Positions 61,714 to 64,000 of a DNA stretch of 64,000 nt are shown here, piece by piece. The DNA is from Squalus acanthias (Eukaryota): assembly GCA_030390025.1 (NCBI GenBank), contig CM059438.1, positions 68,016,001 to 68,080,000 on the forward strand, written 5' to 3'. Every line of letters begins with the position of its first letter. Position 1 is the stretch's first letter. The position numbers and the translations under genes were made by a program. The notes under the pieces were generated by a model that ran no database searches, was not told the DNA's origin, and saw only the letters and a list, made by a program, of their open reading frames with translations.

Positions 61714-64000
61714 TTCTCCAGGCCCCACAAAAATCTTCCAGCCAGCTACTGGCATTGCCCAGCATCTGCTGGTCGCCCTGCCCCCTCTCAACTGATGGAC
61801 CTGACCTGCCGCTGCAGCTGGCCGATTTTCCACCGTGGGTTGCCCGTTTGCCTCACCCATATCGCACCCCTTTGGCACCCAAACCAATAGTTTCCCTCCG
61901 ATCTCTGTGTAGGGTGGCGGATTGTGGACAGCATTTGGAGAACTGGAGACTCAAAGTGCCTTTGTCCCACTGTTGTGTTTTCCTTGTGCCCACAATTTTC
62001 AAAAGAGGACTCATTGGAGTAGATCTTAAACTTCGCCAATTATCTGGCGAGGCAGATTGTCTGCGTCTGATAGAACCCACCCTGAACCCAATGAAATCAA
62101 TGGAGTGAAAATGGGCAGGTTCTATAAAGGGTGGGTGATCCGCTCAGCCAGATTACTGCCCAGGCAGTGAAGACAAAAATCTACCCCATTATTTTTATGT
62201 TTGAGGATTTTTGGAGAGCAAAACTTAAATACTTATTTCTCTTTTAAGTTTTGCGATGATCTTACACAAGATCTACTACCTGCATAATTCTATATCACTG
62301 CGCGGGGGATTATAGATTTATCTGCATTTGATCAGTTTAGAAAATTACTGGGGTGACTCTACGATCTAGTGCTAGTGGTGGGTGGGTCCCTGTCGAGATG
62401 TCATGGGGTTTACAGGTGAATGGAAACTCGTGGGCTGTCTACCTGCCATTTGCAGAGCTGAACCCACTGTGAGCGCTGCCCCCCCTGCTGGAAACTATGG
62501 TATTGCCACCTGCAGCCTCAGAGATAAGTATTCTCCGTTTTCTTGGCTTCCTGTTGGATTTGCTGAAGACTACTTCAATTCCTGACTGATGCTTGTCTTC
62601 ACTGTTCCAGCAGGCCATACATCGATTCGAGCTTGCAGTGCTAATTGCTGTGGAGAGTTGCTCAGTGGACATTGCAGTTTTTAAATGTTGTTTTGTTTCA
62701 AGTCAGTCGCACAACATGTAATTCAGCTGAGTGCCAAGTTTTCGAGATGTCTCACAACAGAGAGGCATTGCTAGTTATGCCAGTTTAGTGTAGAATTGAC
62801 ACTGACATTGTATTTGTTCCCAGGAGCTGTTGTGCAGCAGTATCATGTTGTTTTATGCACAAACTCAAAATTCCTACACAAAGTTCATTGATTGCATGTA
62901 TGCCAAGGGGGCATTTATACTGGCAGTGGTTTTTTTTTGCATTGAGGCAAAGTGGTTTTGGATGTATATCAACAGAAAGGTGAAAGTATTACTCAGTAGG
63001 ATGCAGAGCCCACTGAGGTGTGGGACCTCTCTTACTCCCCACCCCCAGGAGGTCATCTCCCATTGGTTTGAGTTTGTGGTGAGTGCAGTATAACTCCAGC
63101 TTGTTGGTCATTTGATCATTCACATCATCATCGTTGAAAACGTGTTCAGATCCATTGATTTTTGACATGTAGTGCTTGTCATTCATCATGTTTATAACTG
63201 TCTATGCCAAGAAACTCTGTCTCTGGATTGTTGGTAACTGATACATTTCTTTCCTTTCTGCCTGAAGGCACTGACTCTTGCTGAGGTACGCAGAGATAGC
63301 TGCTGCCGCCAGTATTTCATACAAGTGGCCATTCTTCATTTGTGAGATTTGATAGTGGCTGTCAACGAGCTAGTTGACTGTAGGGGTTAATTCTGTCTTC
63401 AGCCAACACGCACACCTCTTTTAACAAAGAGCTGGTATGGACATGATGCCCCAAAATGGCCTTCTCCTGTGCTGTGAATTGCTATAGTTCTAATTGTGCA
63501 GGACTCACCGGACAGCTATCAGGACGGGGAACCCTGACAATTTTTCCCCTTTGTAGGCTGCAGGGTCGTGACCCATTGTACTGCCCCCACTGCCACCCAA
63601 CTAAGGTCACCTTTGATGGGTAAATGTCAAGGAATGAACGTGGGACTTTGACCGTCCTTCCAGCTCAGTGTCACACCAAGTGATGTATGTCGCCATTGGA
63701 CTTCTCAGTGGCAGATATTTGTAGAAACAACAGCACCTTCGTGTATCTTGTTGAAGAAAGCATGAAAGCTACAGATTTCTTTTAGTTATTAGGATTGAGT
63801 ATGTCCTTTCAATTTTTCTTTGTGTGTTTTTGGCTTCTATAGATGAAAGAGCCAGACCATTTGCTCCTTACTGGGGTGTAACTATATTGTTTAAAATTTG
63901 AGACTTGTGGTGTAGTCAAGCAGTTTGGTAAGGTTTGTAGTCGTTGAGTTGCCTGTCAATGTTCAGGTGGTTCCTGTTCATCTTTTAGGTAAATGTTTGC

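Larger units (their letters stand above)
59633..62187. mobile_element. MITE-like element interrupted by a solo LTR
   Basis: GGGGT.. left end and AAAATCTACCCC right end. AGGAGCACTTCT|CCAGGCCCCACA rejoins across the LTR. Confidence 0.5.

Noticed and set aside
63830..63900. Acceptor-like TTCTATAG followed by ATGAAAGAG (also TTCCCAG at ~62823) as possible host exons
   Set aside because: No recognisable peptide and no consistent downstream donor or reading frame.

Overview
Repeat-dense, apparently non-genic vertebrate DNA. The repeat content (HE1/V-SINE-like and Deu-SINE-like SINEs, CR1 and L2 LINEs, Penelope-type fragments) points to a cartilaginous fish such as a shark; that assignment is an inference. 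I found no host protein-coding exon I can support. The window is dominated by PIF/Harbinger DNA transposons. One is full-length with two genes (49596-53801; DDE transposase plus a spliced Myb/SANT gene; TSD GAT). One is internally deleted and sits inside a 15-bp satellite (10001-12531; TSD TGT). There are several remnants and about a dozen non-autonomous MITE-like derivatives. Also present are many nested CR1, L2 and poly(A) LINE pieces, SINEs, a Gypsy-like remnant, a 1.7-kb solo LTR and short Penelope-like fragments. Most interesting signals: (i) ~750-bp Harbinger MITEs whose hairpins show compensatory changes and which carry promoter-like motifs and splice donors; (ii) a minimal type I hammerhead ribozyme motif at 16540-16576 (-); (iii) a 1726-bp solo LTR with E2F sites; (iv) a 15-bp satellite whose unit resembles, and merges into, the A-box head of a SINE. 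Family names come from recognising motifs by eye, not from database searches.
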